DNA from: Lingula anatina
Taxonomy: Eukaryota; Animalia; Brachiopoda
DNA: 64,000 nt
NCBI GenBank assembly: GCA_051362555.1
Contig: CM120648.1
Coordinates: 1,093,721-1,157,720 of the forward strand
Direction of reading: 5' to 3'
This document shows positions 1 through 13,760 of the stretch, one piece after another. Within the stretch, counting starts at the first letter, position 1; each line of letters begins with the position of its first letter. The position numbers and the translations under genes were made by a program. A model generated the notes under the pieces. It ran no database searches, had not been told where the DNA came from, and saw nothing but the letters and a program-made list of their open reading frames with translations.

Positions 1-1853
1 CTCTAAAATTACAAACTTTTACCCAAAACAAACATTACAATAAGGGCACAAGGCAATTTGGCAAAAACTTCAATTAAAGTCTCAATCTCTCTTTGCTAAC
101 AATCTAGTGAAACCCTAAGTTATACAAACTACTAAATAAATGTATCTTTATCTGTAGGTTTCAGAAATAAAACAATCCCAAGCCCTGGTACTGGGAGTAA
201 AACAATAAAGGCAGTGGCATGTAAAAACATTGGGGTACAACTAACTGAATCGCAGAACTAACAAGAGGGTGAGAATGGGACGAAAAAAAAATGACACATT
301 ATAAAATGTCACCATTCTGATTTTAACCTAAATTCTGTTGAGGCTTAAGGAATACAGTCAAACATACATTATATCTAAAATATCTCCACTTGGTATTTTC
401 TCAATTAATATATTGCTTTGCAAACAAAAGCATGATATACTAGGCATAACCTGGCATTGAAGTTGTTAGATTTCTTTTGGCCAAATCAATATTTTGTATT
501 TTTTGTTTTTAGTCCTCTATCACTTTTAGTCCTCTATCACTTTTCGTCATGGTACTTATGTATGAAGTTACGCTATGAGATCCATCGTTAAGCTGATGCA
601 CATTGCATGTTATTTGTTTAAATATATGTTACATCTTTACATTAGCTTTAAGCAGACTTTATGGTCCCATACAGAATAGAGGACTAACTAGGCCTAGGGT
701 CAAATATGACCACCCACTATAAAGCTTGCGGTCTAACCCGCTAATAGACACTGAATAGATATCCCCTGGATATTCAAGTGGGTGGCCATATTTGACCTGC
801 GGACTAGTTAGTCCCCTATTCTGAATGGGGCCTATGACAATCTGCCAAATGAGTTTCACATTATATTTCCATACGTCATGGTGTAAGCAATATGGTATTT
901 ATTTGTACAACTCAAACACCTCGCTCACACTTGCTGATATTTCATCACTTTTTATACATAATTCGGAAACTTTCTGACAAAAGCCAAATTTGTTTTTCAG
1001 AAATTTCAGATGCACTCTTTTTAAGGTACTGCTATAAACAGCCTTCACTTTATGATATTTTATCAATATTTAATTTAGTAATTACCTCACTTCTGACATC
1101 ACAACGACACCTGCAATATCAGGCCCTTGGGTCCGCTAAATTCATTTTTCGCTGAAAAGGTTCTCTGTGGCACAAAATTTAATATAGTTTCTACACCCTT
1201 TCTGAACTTAGATCAATTAATGAGGTGAAAAACAAAAGGTCCACTTTTTTCCAAACAAACAAACAAAAAAAAAAAAAAAAAAAAAACAAAGAATAGCTCT
1301 TCTGAAATTGCTGACCACAGCCATGGACACCAAAAGGACATGATAACCACTACTGGCCAAAGTTATATCTTCCACGGTAATGACTCGATCTTTTCAATTT
1401 GGGGAAATTGTGATTTTAACAGATACTGTATTTTTTAAGACATAATTTCTTAAAACAATAGTTCCTATTAAGTGGTTGCAACAAAATTGAAAAGCAGACT
1501 ACCTTATAGTTCTTTTCTATGCATTAAAAGCACCACAAATGCTATACAAAAATATAATTTTTATGATTTTAAAATGATGTGTCTGAAAGTTTGATAATTT
1601 CTGCCCATTGAAAAGACCTAGTTATTACCTTATAATTAGGCAGAATTTTAAGGTATACTGACTAGGCCACCATCTCTGACATCTGAATCTCTGCACCAAC
1701 ATCTAATTGAATTTGAATACCGATATTTTCCTTCACAGATTTTGTTTAGAAACGTCACCTTATCCCAACAGATTCAAGTCTTGATAATGCTGCTTTCTTA
1801 ATGGCGCAAAACAACACTCTCAAGATCGCAGGCACTTTTTTCCCTCCCCACTT

Positions 1854-4800
1854 TTATTTGTAACGGAACTTCTTGATGCAATCATTGCCAAGATCCACCA
1901 CGACGACTTTGAAATCTTGGGTGGCAGCCAAGCCACTGGGACGCTTCAGTTTATCATCATGGCTGTCAATGGTGAACAACAACCTCTCACTGGCGTTGAA
2001 GACCTGAACATAACTGCGCCCTTTCTCGGAGCGTAGCGCCAAGATATTACCATGGCGGTCAACAGTGAGTCCGCTGTACTGACCCTTGGGGCTGTTCATG
2101 CCGGAGTCCAGCTCGTGGAGAAAGCGCCCGTCCTTGCCGAATTTCTGAAGACGATTATCAGCAACCAAGATTTCATCTGCCTTATTGACTGCTACTGCGC
2201 TGATGAGGTTGAACTCGCCTGCTTTGTTGCCCTTTGACCCAATTTTCCTGATCAAATTCCCTGAGGTGTCGAAGAGGAATAACTTTCCAGCACCATTGTC
2301 TGTGACTATGTACTCTCCCCTGCTGTTCACTGTTAAAGAAATTGGCTCTAAGAATTCCTCGTTGGTGAACTTCTTCACAATCGTCCCTTCAGCATCCATT
2401 TCAGTAACGTGTTTCGTTCTCCAGTTGACGACAGCGACAGTGTTGTTGGGTGTCATGGCAATGCCTGTTCCGCTCTGGTTCTCCAATCCAACTGGTCCTA
2501 AATGCCGTATGAACTCCCCCTCTGGAGAGAGAATTTTAATCCGGCTATTCCCAGTGTCCAAGACATACATGGTGTCTTCCTGATCAATGGCGACACCTAC
2601 TGGCTGAGTGAACTGGAGATTTTGGCACCCGCGACTGCCGATTTTCATGATGGGATTGTTGTGGTCTGAGACACAGATACTGAAGGGACTTTCTTTAATC
2701 GGACGGTCGAAAATCTTAATGCTCAAAGTGTGCTGACCTGCAGCTTGTGGAGTGAAAGTGACTTCGTATGTTCCGTTCTCTTTATCTTTAATCTGGGTTT
2801 GTTGGGACTCGCCCCTGTTGTTCCGCAACTCTGCTGTGATTGGGTCACACCCACTTGTACGTGGGTTGCCGTGGTAATCCACTGTGGAGACAGTAACAGT
2901 CGACTTGAGGAAGGTCGTTGCACATTCAATGGTTGCTGTTGACAATGACGGAAACGTCGTGCTGACCTTGACCTTGCCAAAGTTATTTAGAGTATTCACA
3001 AAATCTTTGTAGGCAGAATTATGCTTGTAGTCGTATTTGATGAAAGCATTTTCCCTTGGTTCTGACAAGGTTGTCGTAGTGTCTAACTTCTCATTCAGAT
3101 CACTTATCTTTTTGGTAATATTTCTAACTTCGATCTGGTACTGTAGACCCTGGCATTCACTCTGAACTTGTTCCTTCTCCGCCTGTATAATATCCAGCTG
3201 CTCCTGCAACACTCGTTTTTTCTCATCGTGCACTTTTTTCACCATCTGCAGAACCTCTTGCCTCCGTTTGTCCAGCAAACCTATCAAATCCTGAAACGAG
3301 CGATTCACGGCATCGATTGTGCGTTCGTAGGTGTGCTCCAGTTTGTGTGTCTCTGCACCCACGTTATCGCATGCAGTGTTCAGATTCCGTATGCACAAAT
3401 GGGCCTTGTAGAGCAATATTTCTGACATGCGCTTAATGGCAATGGAGAAAGGTATAACAGTATGTTCACTGGCGCCACGACCGTTATGTTCACCGCCTGT
3501 GCACAGCGTACAAAACACCGTGTCGCAGCTCTCACAGAACAGCAATTCCTGCTGGCCATGACTGGAACACTTGGGAATAATATCCCTGCGCTGCTGGGCA
3601 AACAAATCTAACAGCTGGTTCACTATAAAGCTGGGTGGGAAGGAGGCCACACCACCTCTGGGTATTGTTATAGTTTCTCGACAAATAGGGCAACGAAATG
3701 TCCCCGTGTCTGTGGTTTGGGCTTCAATAATCCTTTCCAGACAACTCCGACAAACAGTATGCGAACAAGGCAGCAACTTTGGCGTGTGATCGATGGCGTC
3801 GTATTGGCACAAGCATGTGCCGCATGTGAGGAAGCTGTCGTTGAAATCTTCATAGTTGATGGAGACTGTTTCTACCAGTGTGGAGGTCATTGTGGAAAGC
3901 TGAAAGTAGGACAATGTCAAGGTTATTAGTGAAGGTCAATGACTAGATAATTTTCTTTCAACTCACACACTTATGCACACATATAACCATATGTAGAGAT
4001 ACACAAATGCACATGACTTACATACATATCTTACACTGACAAAAAAAAAAAACAAACACAAACACAAACACAGAGACGCACACACACTGGCATCTTTATA
4101 GCTAAAGACAAAAATATCCCTAATGTCTGAAGTCGCTGTTAAGGTTGGGGACAAAACCCCATAAAATTCACTGCCTCCACTTCATATCTGCTGCCAAACT
4201 GGACAACATATATATTCCTAGCCAAATGCTAAACATTTTCTAATTCAGACAAATTCTACATAAACGTAACATTTTACTTATTCCTCGACAAAATCTCTAC
4301 TCATTTAGTAAGAAACTGTAATTAATTTAGATGGAAAGTACCTGGTTTTTCAGTAAGCAGAAATGTTACCACTACGAGAGCCCAGACAATATCCAGGCGA
4401 GGTCTCTGCAATACAACCCAAGTTATCTATCATAACTTTCCTGTTCGAACACGCCTCCCACTGTAATTTGGGTAATTTCTTGGCAATTTTTCCTTTTAAA
4501 GCAATGGCACAGACAGCAGAGGGAAGCATGACAATTTAATCATATTGTTGAAATATAGAATATTGGATCAAAAATACCATATCCTGTCAGAAAGATATAT
4601 TCTGACTCACTGCCACCTCTGCATATTTTACTGTTGCTAAGTTGATTGCTATGCATTTTTTTTTCTTTGTTAGTAATCACTCACAATGCTGTAATAAGCT
4701 AAAATCATTTGATGCAGTCACTGTAGATGAATACATAACCATATGACAGAAACACTGAGATCCTTTTTCAAAAGACTAAATACTCTGAATTCTACCATAA

Positions 4801-5998
4801 TTCCAATTATTTAGAGTGGCGCACTGCAGTTTGCATCCTTGATTGGAACATGCAACCTAAAATCATTTACTTTGCGTGTCCTTATTAGATCTATTTCTAG
4901 GCTAACTGTACAATTTGAAATTGAAGTTATGCTAGCAAAAATATTGTCCTTGAGAGAGAGAGAGAAAGAGAGAGAGAGAATTTGTGTCTGTAGTAAGAGC
5001 ATTTGTTTATCTTTCTCTGGCCTTATAAAGGGATTAAACCTTCCTCAGATTTGTGAGCACCAATGCCCAAATATCAATCCCAGTATAATGAAAGGCTTAG
5101 CTTGTGGCAAGGGGGGCCCGTGGCATGAAATTCTACATTGGGGTAGTTAATTCGTGGCTGCAGTCATTAATTTGTGCATTATTCAGCTCCCAAATCTAAT
5201 ACAAGGCCCATGTTAGAAAACAGCCATTATATATGAGATCCATCTTCTGTTTTTCTATTATAAAATGCTTGTCACAATCTATCTCATATCATGGGTGATT
5301 AGTAAAACCTTGAGTGCCAAACTACAACCTGGAACCCACTTCTCATAGCGGTATAACTCAGGTATACCAGACTGAGAGAATTTTATATTCAGGGTGTATT
5401 TTATGTCTCTAGACAGATTCATGTGTAAAAACTTCCTACTTGGAAAATCAATTACCAAAATGCCAGCAAGTAAACAATTCAGGAATGTGCCATGCAAATA
5501 TTGATAAAACATTCAGACATGGCAGTATATATTCCCACTTCTTTTCCTATAATTAACTTTTTTTTTCACTGACAAGAAACCAACTTACTTTCAATTTTTC
5601 CGTATGTTCAGAATTATAATTTAGGGATATAACTTATATAAACATAGTTCTGTGGGCATGGATTTAATCAGTACTGCCTCAGATTAACAAGTAATTACCT
5701 CAACCAACTGCATGTATTAACACAGTTTTCCCTCCGTGCACTGAAATTACAGATGATTACTCATCAATCGTTAATCTCAATCAGCCTCATCAGGTCAAAA
5801 TGACGCAAGCAGCGGTAATAAGCTGTCGTCATCATCTGAACTGAGCGCCCCCGAGAGCCTGCTTCGCCAATGATTTTAAGTTGGTCTGAACTTTTAAACC
5901 ATACTTTTTGTGTACCTTGATCCAAGACAGCCAATCAATGGAAGGAAAGAAACAGTTATTTACTGTTTGAGTTTCTTCATTTTAGCGGGTTAAGCCAT

Positions 5999-6036
<38 letters not shown>

Positions 6037-9000
6037 TTGCAGTAGGCCAAACTTGACTTTAAGACCATCTTCTTGTAGGAATTCCTTTTGTAAAACAGGC
6101 CCATGCTGTAGCAATAATTCTGGCTTTCTTGGTATAAATCCAATTCTGGAAATAAATCCAATTGCGAGAAAAAAAGGAGGCAAGCTGATTGTATTATCTC
6201 TAGAGCGAAATTGCAGTGTTTGTTACTTATTCATACTGGGATTGAGCTGCACATGTGGGGATCAAGTATTCCTATTGTTTATCAGCTGTTCTTGGATAGA
6301 TCACTACATTTATATCACACTACTAAATGTGCACAGTATATAGATACTAGATAAACAATACACAAATACACATATACATACATGAACAATACACAAATAC
6401 ACACATACATACATGAACACTACACAAATGCACCAACATATGAACAACAAACAATCGACAAAAATTATATTACACGAACAACACACGATAACACATGTAG
6501 ACAGGCATTCACAAAATAATTTACACTTACTATACAAACATGCACACAAGCATGCACCCCTGCCCCCCCCTTCCCCCAGGGGCCCAATTTATAAAACCCA
6601 TTTTGAGAGAAAATAACAAAATTGCACATTATTAAAGCAAATGCTCCAAAAGACATTTTGATATCACCCCTCGTCCTGTATGTCTTTTCTTCCTTCACAA
6701 CATTTTTAATTGACTTAGCCAGTATAGTAATCAATGGTAACAATATTTATGCTAGAAATGCTTCAAAGACTATAAGTACTTCATGTTCAAAATCTGAGGT
6801 CAAAGAAAACATGTATCTTCCTTGTTTTTCTTGCAAAAGTCTTTGAGATAAAAATAGATGTATTTTCTTTCCTTTTTTGTGCATTTTATCCAAGAGCTGA
6901 AAAGACAGATTTAAGAAGGAAAAGTGCCCCTCTTCACAGCAATGTTCGAAATTAAAGACGTCTGACAGTGTATAAAACTGACAATAATTTGTATGATAAG
7001 CTATTGCCTCCCGGCAAGCCACATGTACAGACACAATAAAATACCACTATCAAAGAAGCCCAGCAGTTCTTTTGATGAACACCAAAGAGACATGATGCAA
7101 ATGGAAGAAACCCCCTAAAGTTATTTTATCAAGAATGACGATGATGAACTTGCGTCAGTCATCTTCAGTCGTCATTTCATGCTTAAAATCAATAACTAGG
7201 AAAAAATGGCTGCTGGGCACTACCAGCTAGTAGAGAGCAGCAGCCTTATCGGCTGCTAACACATGCCAAATTTTTGGAATGATCTGGTCTCTAGAAAAAA
7301 AATTGCTGGAAATATTTCTAATACTTAACCTCCAGTTTCATTCCAGCTGAAGGTGATCTTGTTTTCCTAGATAACCCTGTACTAGTAACCTTCTGCTGAT
7401 GGTCAAGCAAGAAATGATTTTTCCTTTTTAAACAAATGGAAGACGGGGAACTCTTCTTCACAGTCTGTACTTTATGCAAAGTTAACTGCCAAAAGGTTAA
7501 ACATTCTGATGGTTATTAAAGGAGTTTTAGAAACTTAGAACAACCCCCCCCCCCGGCCCCATCCCCCACCCCCAACTGCTGCCTCACAGACAGAACACTG
7601 CCAAAGGCTGTCAACATGTTGTACTGCTACTAGCCATGCAGTTTAACAGAAAAACAAGAGTTAAAAATTGGTCTTAACTTAAAGGCCAAATATTTCTATG
7701 TACTTCCACTTGGGTTTAATCAGCAGAACATGACTAACAAGAGGGTATTGTCCTATCTTAAAACAATTAAGAAATCAATGTCTTGTATTTTAGGTTTATA
7801 ACTGGTCCATACAATAACGAAATTGGATGCATCTGGTTAGAATAAAATCTCCTGAATAACCCCATATTCGATAAAATCATGACATCATGATAAGTAATAG
7901 AAAGCACACATTTACTGGACAATATCCCTTAACAAAATCAATGCTAAAGTTGTAGTGAAGCAATCGATTAATGCCTGGCCAGCATATCGCCATATTTGAT
8001 CCAACGGCAACTTTCAATTCATCTTTCACATCCACAGGGGGCAAATAATTAAATTTCCACCACTGATTTTAATATCAATAGAGTCCCCATTTCATTCATC
8101 ACACTTTAAGTCAATGACTGAGTGTTGACCATTGTTAATATATAACCAATCAATGATACAATGTTGACTGTTGTTACCGCAATGAATCAATGGCACAATG
8201 TATGACAATGTAACAAATCGATGGTACGTACCAGAACGGTCACTCACTGATTGGTCAAGGTTTCACTAACAACTGGGTTAACTCTCCATGCATCAAATTT
8301 TTTCCTTCAGCTAAGGAATAAGCTTAATCCATCATGCAAAAACTATTTTCCAAACTTAATTCTCTTTCATCTCTATACAGCAGCACCAGAAACAATTTCT
8401 GTGAATTCCAGCCTCAAAAGGATCGACAAACGTGAGCTCGAGGAAATGTCCATCCCTGATTCTGTCACCAAGCTTTGGTTCCCACAAAACTAAATCATGT
8501 ACGACTCCATTCTTGATACCCAAACAGTAACAAAATAAAATTACAAATCCAAATATGCTAATGTGAGTACATGGTGAGAGTTATGTAACTATAAACATAA
8601 TAGTGTTGTGTGAACTACTAAGGGGGAAGTGTATTATATTGTGATCAAAAATCTATAAACAGAAAGGGCACCTGGGAATGTAGATGATGCTATTACGTCA
8701 ACATAATGCTCTGATAGAAAATGGAGAACAATGAATTAATACCAGAAATAACTAAAGGATTATAAATATATAAATATAAATGGAGTGGTGATGTTAATAA
8801 GGGAGACAGAAGTATTCTTTCAACTTCAAGCATTTAAAATAAATGAATTGAGATGTTAGACTGTTAATCTGATTGTATTCAACAAGTATTCTTGTGGAGT
8901 TAGTGAGCATTAGCTAGCTGGATGAAATTCATTGGGAACGTCAGGGTCGGATTTAGGCCGTCTTCTGGGTCTTCCAGAAAACGGTCAGATTTTCAAGTTT

Positions 9001-12000
9001 ACATTGACGGGTATCTATTTTTTCTGTCGGAAGACGGTCAAAAATGGAGGATGGATAAACGGTTCAAGTTAATTTGGAAGACTGTCAGAAAATATCTCTG
9101 AATCTGCCCCTGAAAGTCCCCCACAGACCACAGAAATGCATGGAGTGCTCATCAAGGTTCAGCTGTGCAGTATAACAAGAAACTAGAAGGTGTTTTCTGC
9201 ATAGAATCTTCATTGATAAATCCATCCTCCATGCCTAAAAGAGCAGCTGTCTAAGTAACTCGGGGGCCCTATTCCACAAAAGAACTTTTAAACCAAAAGT
9301 TAGTCTCAACTTTTCATTAAGACCTAGTCAACTATTACCCACTTTGGTTCAATTAAATAAAATATCCCTCCTGTTTATAAGTGGAAAAATAATTGATTAC
9401 ATCAACAGTTATCATATTTTAGGGGAACTACTATGGATTTCTCTACAAATTAAAGAAGAATTTTCGGACTTAAATTCTTATGCGAAAGCTGTATCAGTAC
9501 CACTCGCAAAACTAGAACACTTGCAAAACACAAGCTGTACTTTCAACCCCCTGAAGGGAGCATAAGTCTCACATTGCGTTCATTACCTAGTCATAAACAA
9601 CTAATGAAATTTAGTCCCCTTTAGCAGACATGAAGCAAGAGAATTTAATTACCCTATTATATACAAAATTGCACACTGCTAGGTAACACAGGGCAGTATG
9701 GATCAGTTGCCGCAAACAACGGCAGGGGGGCAGGGCTTGCCAAAGAACTTTACCCAAAAAACTCGTCTTAAAGTTAAGACCCAAACTTTAGTCTATTCAA
9801 GCCAAAACTAGTAGAAGCCAAAACTAGAAGTAGTTCAATTTAAGGAAATATCGTGACCATTTTCAATCATACACTCACTTTACTAAACTTTACTTATTAA
9901 GTGGACCATTTTGTGTTTGTAATGAACCCAGGCAGACAAAACTGTAGTTCTTAAAGTCTGGACCAATTTCTGGGCAAAAATTCTTTTGTGAAATTGGTAC
10001 AATCATTACAGACTTGATATGTATATCTAATAGGTTGCAATGATGCCATGCTGATGCTGCTGTGTTAGTATGGTATCAGTGGTAAAAATCCAAATGAACT
10101 TATTGCGTCTGTGTGTAGACTTTAATGGCCTACAGGCAGATTCACACAAGGGCCTAATTTAAAATGGAAGAGAAAGGGTCACTAGGTGTTAATGTCAACT
10201 TTGTAAAGCCAAATCTACATTGGGTTTTGATACTAATGTCTCGTCACCAAGGCAATGGTAGTCTAATGACAATGTCAGTGACACCTTTTTGCCAATTTTC
10301 CAAACCAGATGGTCTTCTGTTTGAGAACAGCCTGTGATAACACCTCATCATAATTTACTGAGTAGCACCAAACACAAGGGTATAGTTCTAAGCTTAAAAA
10401 GATCCATAGTGATCACTGTGAAACAATGTCACTCTGAGGTACAGTGTGGTATTAAAAGTCCAATCATTCACAACTCAGTGCTTGACCATGCTGTGGACCT
10501 CATTTAATGGAAAGCAATCAATAGCCCCTACACCCTGTGATTGACATCATCATCATCATCATTTGCTTGATCCAGGGACCATTTCTAGTAAACCTGGGTC
10601 GAACTAACTTAGTTCCTTGTTCTTTTAAAATATTAAAACTATTACGATTAAAAACTGAGAAAGCTTTATTGTTGTGTGAGCTTGTGACAAGATTAATAAA
10701 AAGCATGCCATTCAATAAAGAACTATCCGTTAAAGATGGACTCTTACTTTATTTAAACAGATTGTAACCAAACAGTTTAACTACACAATCTGCTGAGCTG
10801 ATACATGCAAAGCCAAGCCGTCACAACTTGTGTGGAAACGCAGCCGAACTCTGGTTAACTTTCACCAACTGAGCTTCATTTATAAATATATCGACCCTAA
10901 ATAACTAACCCAAGAGAAACATGTCCACAATGAGCCACTTGTTCATGACTAGTTACAGGTTTTAAGGGATAACAACTCTTCGTATGAGATCCATATTTCA
11001 TAATGAATACATTGTAAACAATTTACAGAAAATAATAAGTTCTATTTTACCATCAAAAGGCTGGTTACTGGACCATGTGACAACCCTCTTTTTAAAAATG
11101 AAAAATCAGGGACTCACTTTGAATGTCGAAATGAATTCATTAACCATTGGTAATTAAGGGAAAATTGTCATTTACCACAGGAAATTTTTTTTTTTTTTTC
11201 TTTTTTTGGGGGGGAGGGCAAAATGAACAGTTTTTAACCCTTTAGACAATCCACACCATTATCTGCCATTTTCTTTCACTGAAACACACTGAAAAGTGTC
11301 TGTTGATGAAGCTACAGGTTGATGCTGATATTGATCTGTAGTTAGTTTCCCTGCTGAATGTCACGAGTGCCATATAGCAGAGATGAGCAAATCATTCACT
11401 GATTAATGTCTTTATAGTTTTTTTCTCCCCCCCCCCCCCCCCTTCATTCACCAGTGGGTCATCATATGATCTAGCACTACTAAATGACTGGTCTTCTAAA
11501 TTATCTGAACTTAAACTCAGAATAATAAATTACTAAACATAAGGTATAATACAGTCTCTCCTTGAAATACAGTCATCCTTGCTAACACTCCTGAACACAA
11601 ATTTAAGCAATTCATGCAGTTATCCAATACATTAACACGCATGGTGTCACCTTTATGATAAGTTGCCATGGTTATGCAACATTAGAGGAACATCATATTT
11701 TTAAAGGAAATCATATTTCATGCTAACCATACACACAAGTATAAATGTGCACCAACACACACACACCCACACACACACCAATGGATTTCCCAATCTAACA
11801 CATCAAATGTACAGCCACAGCACTGACAGTTTTCCCATCAACCTCACTACCAACTCACCTGGCCTGTTGGAGTCCACACGCTGAGCTTGGCAGTCCTCGA
11901 GGCTTGCTCCTCCTCCTCCTCTTCCCGTAGCAGCTCCTCGGCGATGGAGAGACGATGGCGGCGCAGACTGGAGCTGCTCGCGCTGCTGCTGCTGCTACGA

Positions 12001-12026
12001 CTCCTACTAGGGCCACTTAAATGCAT
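1854..12026 (-). CDS. TRIM-NHL family E3 ubiquitin ligase (TRIM2/3-like; RING, B-box, coiled coil, filamin/Ig repeat, NHL repeats)
   Basis: Main exon 1854-3899 is one ORF containing RING (CGTC..PKLLPCSHTVCRSC..CPICR), B-box (CSSH..LFCESCDTVFCTLC..H), coiled coil, filamin repeat (DKENGTYEVTFTPQAAGQHTLSI) and NHL repeats (FTQPVGVAID..YVLDTGNSRI). The acceptor tttcag|CTT at 3899 is phase 0 and joins an upstream phase-0 exon 11859-12026 (MHLSGPSRSRSSSSS..WTPTGQ|gtgagt). An internal Met at 3890 is an alternative start. Confidence 0.9.
8942..9112. mobile_element. MITE with CAGGG termini
   Basis: CAGGGTCGGATTTAG ... CTGAATCTGCCCCTG imperfect TIRs; flanks AACGT and AAAGT (4/5 match). Confidence 0.55.
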
Positions 12027-13639
12027 GCAGCTGTAAAATCAATGGCTCAGAGGCTCTCGGTCGACCCAGGGTACCGATTCTACAAGAGGAAGAGAATCAA
12101 TAATTGTATTAATAAGTAAAGAGAAAGGGGACTCAGTCAAAATTTCAATATTGAGTTCCTGTGTTTTTTCTGCTCAATCAAAATAAGTGTGGATAAAACT
12201 CTGCATAAACTGTTAGTACAATAATTACATTATTTAGTATGATCATTCAGCAGTTAAGTGCATTCATGTCATAAAGGGGTTAAAAAAAATGAGGGAAGTG
12301 ATGATGTCTGTCAATATCTCAAGCCTATTTGGGTTACAAAAATAAAGAAATATTTGCATCTGTTGCAGCATTATGACTGGAGCTGATTTGCACAGTGACG
12401 ATAATGATGATGGCTTACGGCATAAGTATATGTCCAGACCTAATGTGTTGAAACAGAAACAGATCACTGCAAAAACAGGTCTTTGTTGTTGTTATTGTTT
12501 TACTCAATCACTTACACTGTTGTTTTTGTATTTGCTCAGCCAATTCTGTTTGCGTCCTCATTAATTTGTATTTTCTCTCTTTCATTCTTGATGACATGTA
12601 AATTAATGCTATATAACCAATGGCAAAAAGTTCATACACCAGCATGTGGCCCAGCCCAGATACTAAGAGACCTCACACATTTCCAAGAATCTTCATGTAT
12701 ATCATCATGATTATCACGATATCAAATCTATCGGTGCATCGCCATATATAGAACATCACAGCACCTGGTGGCCAGACTTGACCTAGGCTATATGTATGTG
12801 GAGTCAGGTTCACATCAGTACCAAATAAGACCAAAATAGCCTCATTTATGTTGACAGGAATGATGATGAGTTGAGGATTGGTTTAACACAGGGACCTTAA
12901 ATCCCCCCCTTCATGTCTAACGACCAAACCCATGTCTTTTACTACATCTCCCATAAACCTCTTTTCCCCTACTTTTCTCTCACAGACAATCAACAAGCCA
13001 CTTTGCCACGCTACCCCCTAATGCACACACGCAAACACACACACACATGCACACACACATGTCTCTCTATCTTTATCCTTTCTTCTCCCTATCTGTTCCA
13101 CTTGAGCTCTGCCCCACCAACCTTTCCCATCCAATCTCTCTACACCCCCCCCCCCCCAACTCCCTCAGCCAATCCTCACCCATATATAGTTCACCCCATT
13201 CTCCGATATCCCATCCTCAATAGCTTCTAGGTCATCATCAGGTGAAGAATATACTATTGTCTACTTCTGACCCAACTTATTCCAGGTGTGAACGCAACAA
13301 GTATACAGCTGTCTTGCACTCTTGACCACAAAACTAATGTCACGGAAAGAGAAAAACTGATCAATATAATACCACAAAGATAACAGAGAAGACTAAAATG
13401 GGGGGGACACAGTCAAAAGTGTAAGAAAACCCCACCTTCAGCAAAGAGGGCAATTTGAATGGCAAATGTACTGGAACCCCACCATTTGGTGACCTCAGGT
13501 GCCCTTGCACCACATGCCAAGACTTAATAGAAATATAGGCAAAAAAAATCAGACTGTGTTTCAGTTGCCGCAGGCTATTTAGTCTACACAAATTGACTTT
13601 TAAGTGGCATAAAAAGTGTTTTAAGTGTTGTGAATGCCT

Positions 13640-13648
13640 GAGAGAGAG

Positions 13649-13679
<31 letters not shown>

Positions 13680-13694
13680 AAGAGAGAGAGAGAT

Positions 13695-13753
<59 letters not shown>
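13640..13753. repeat. (AG)n microsatellite
   Basis: Directly visible. Confidence 0.95.
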
Positions 13754-13760
<7 letters not shown>

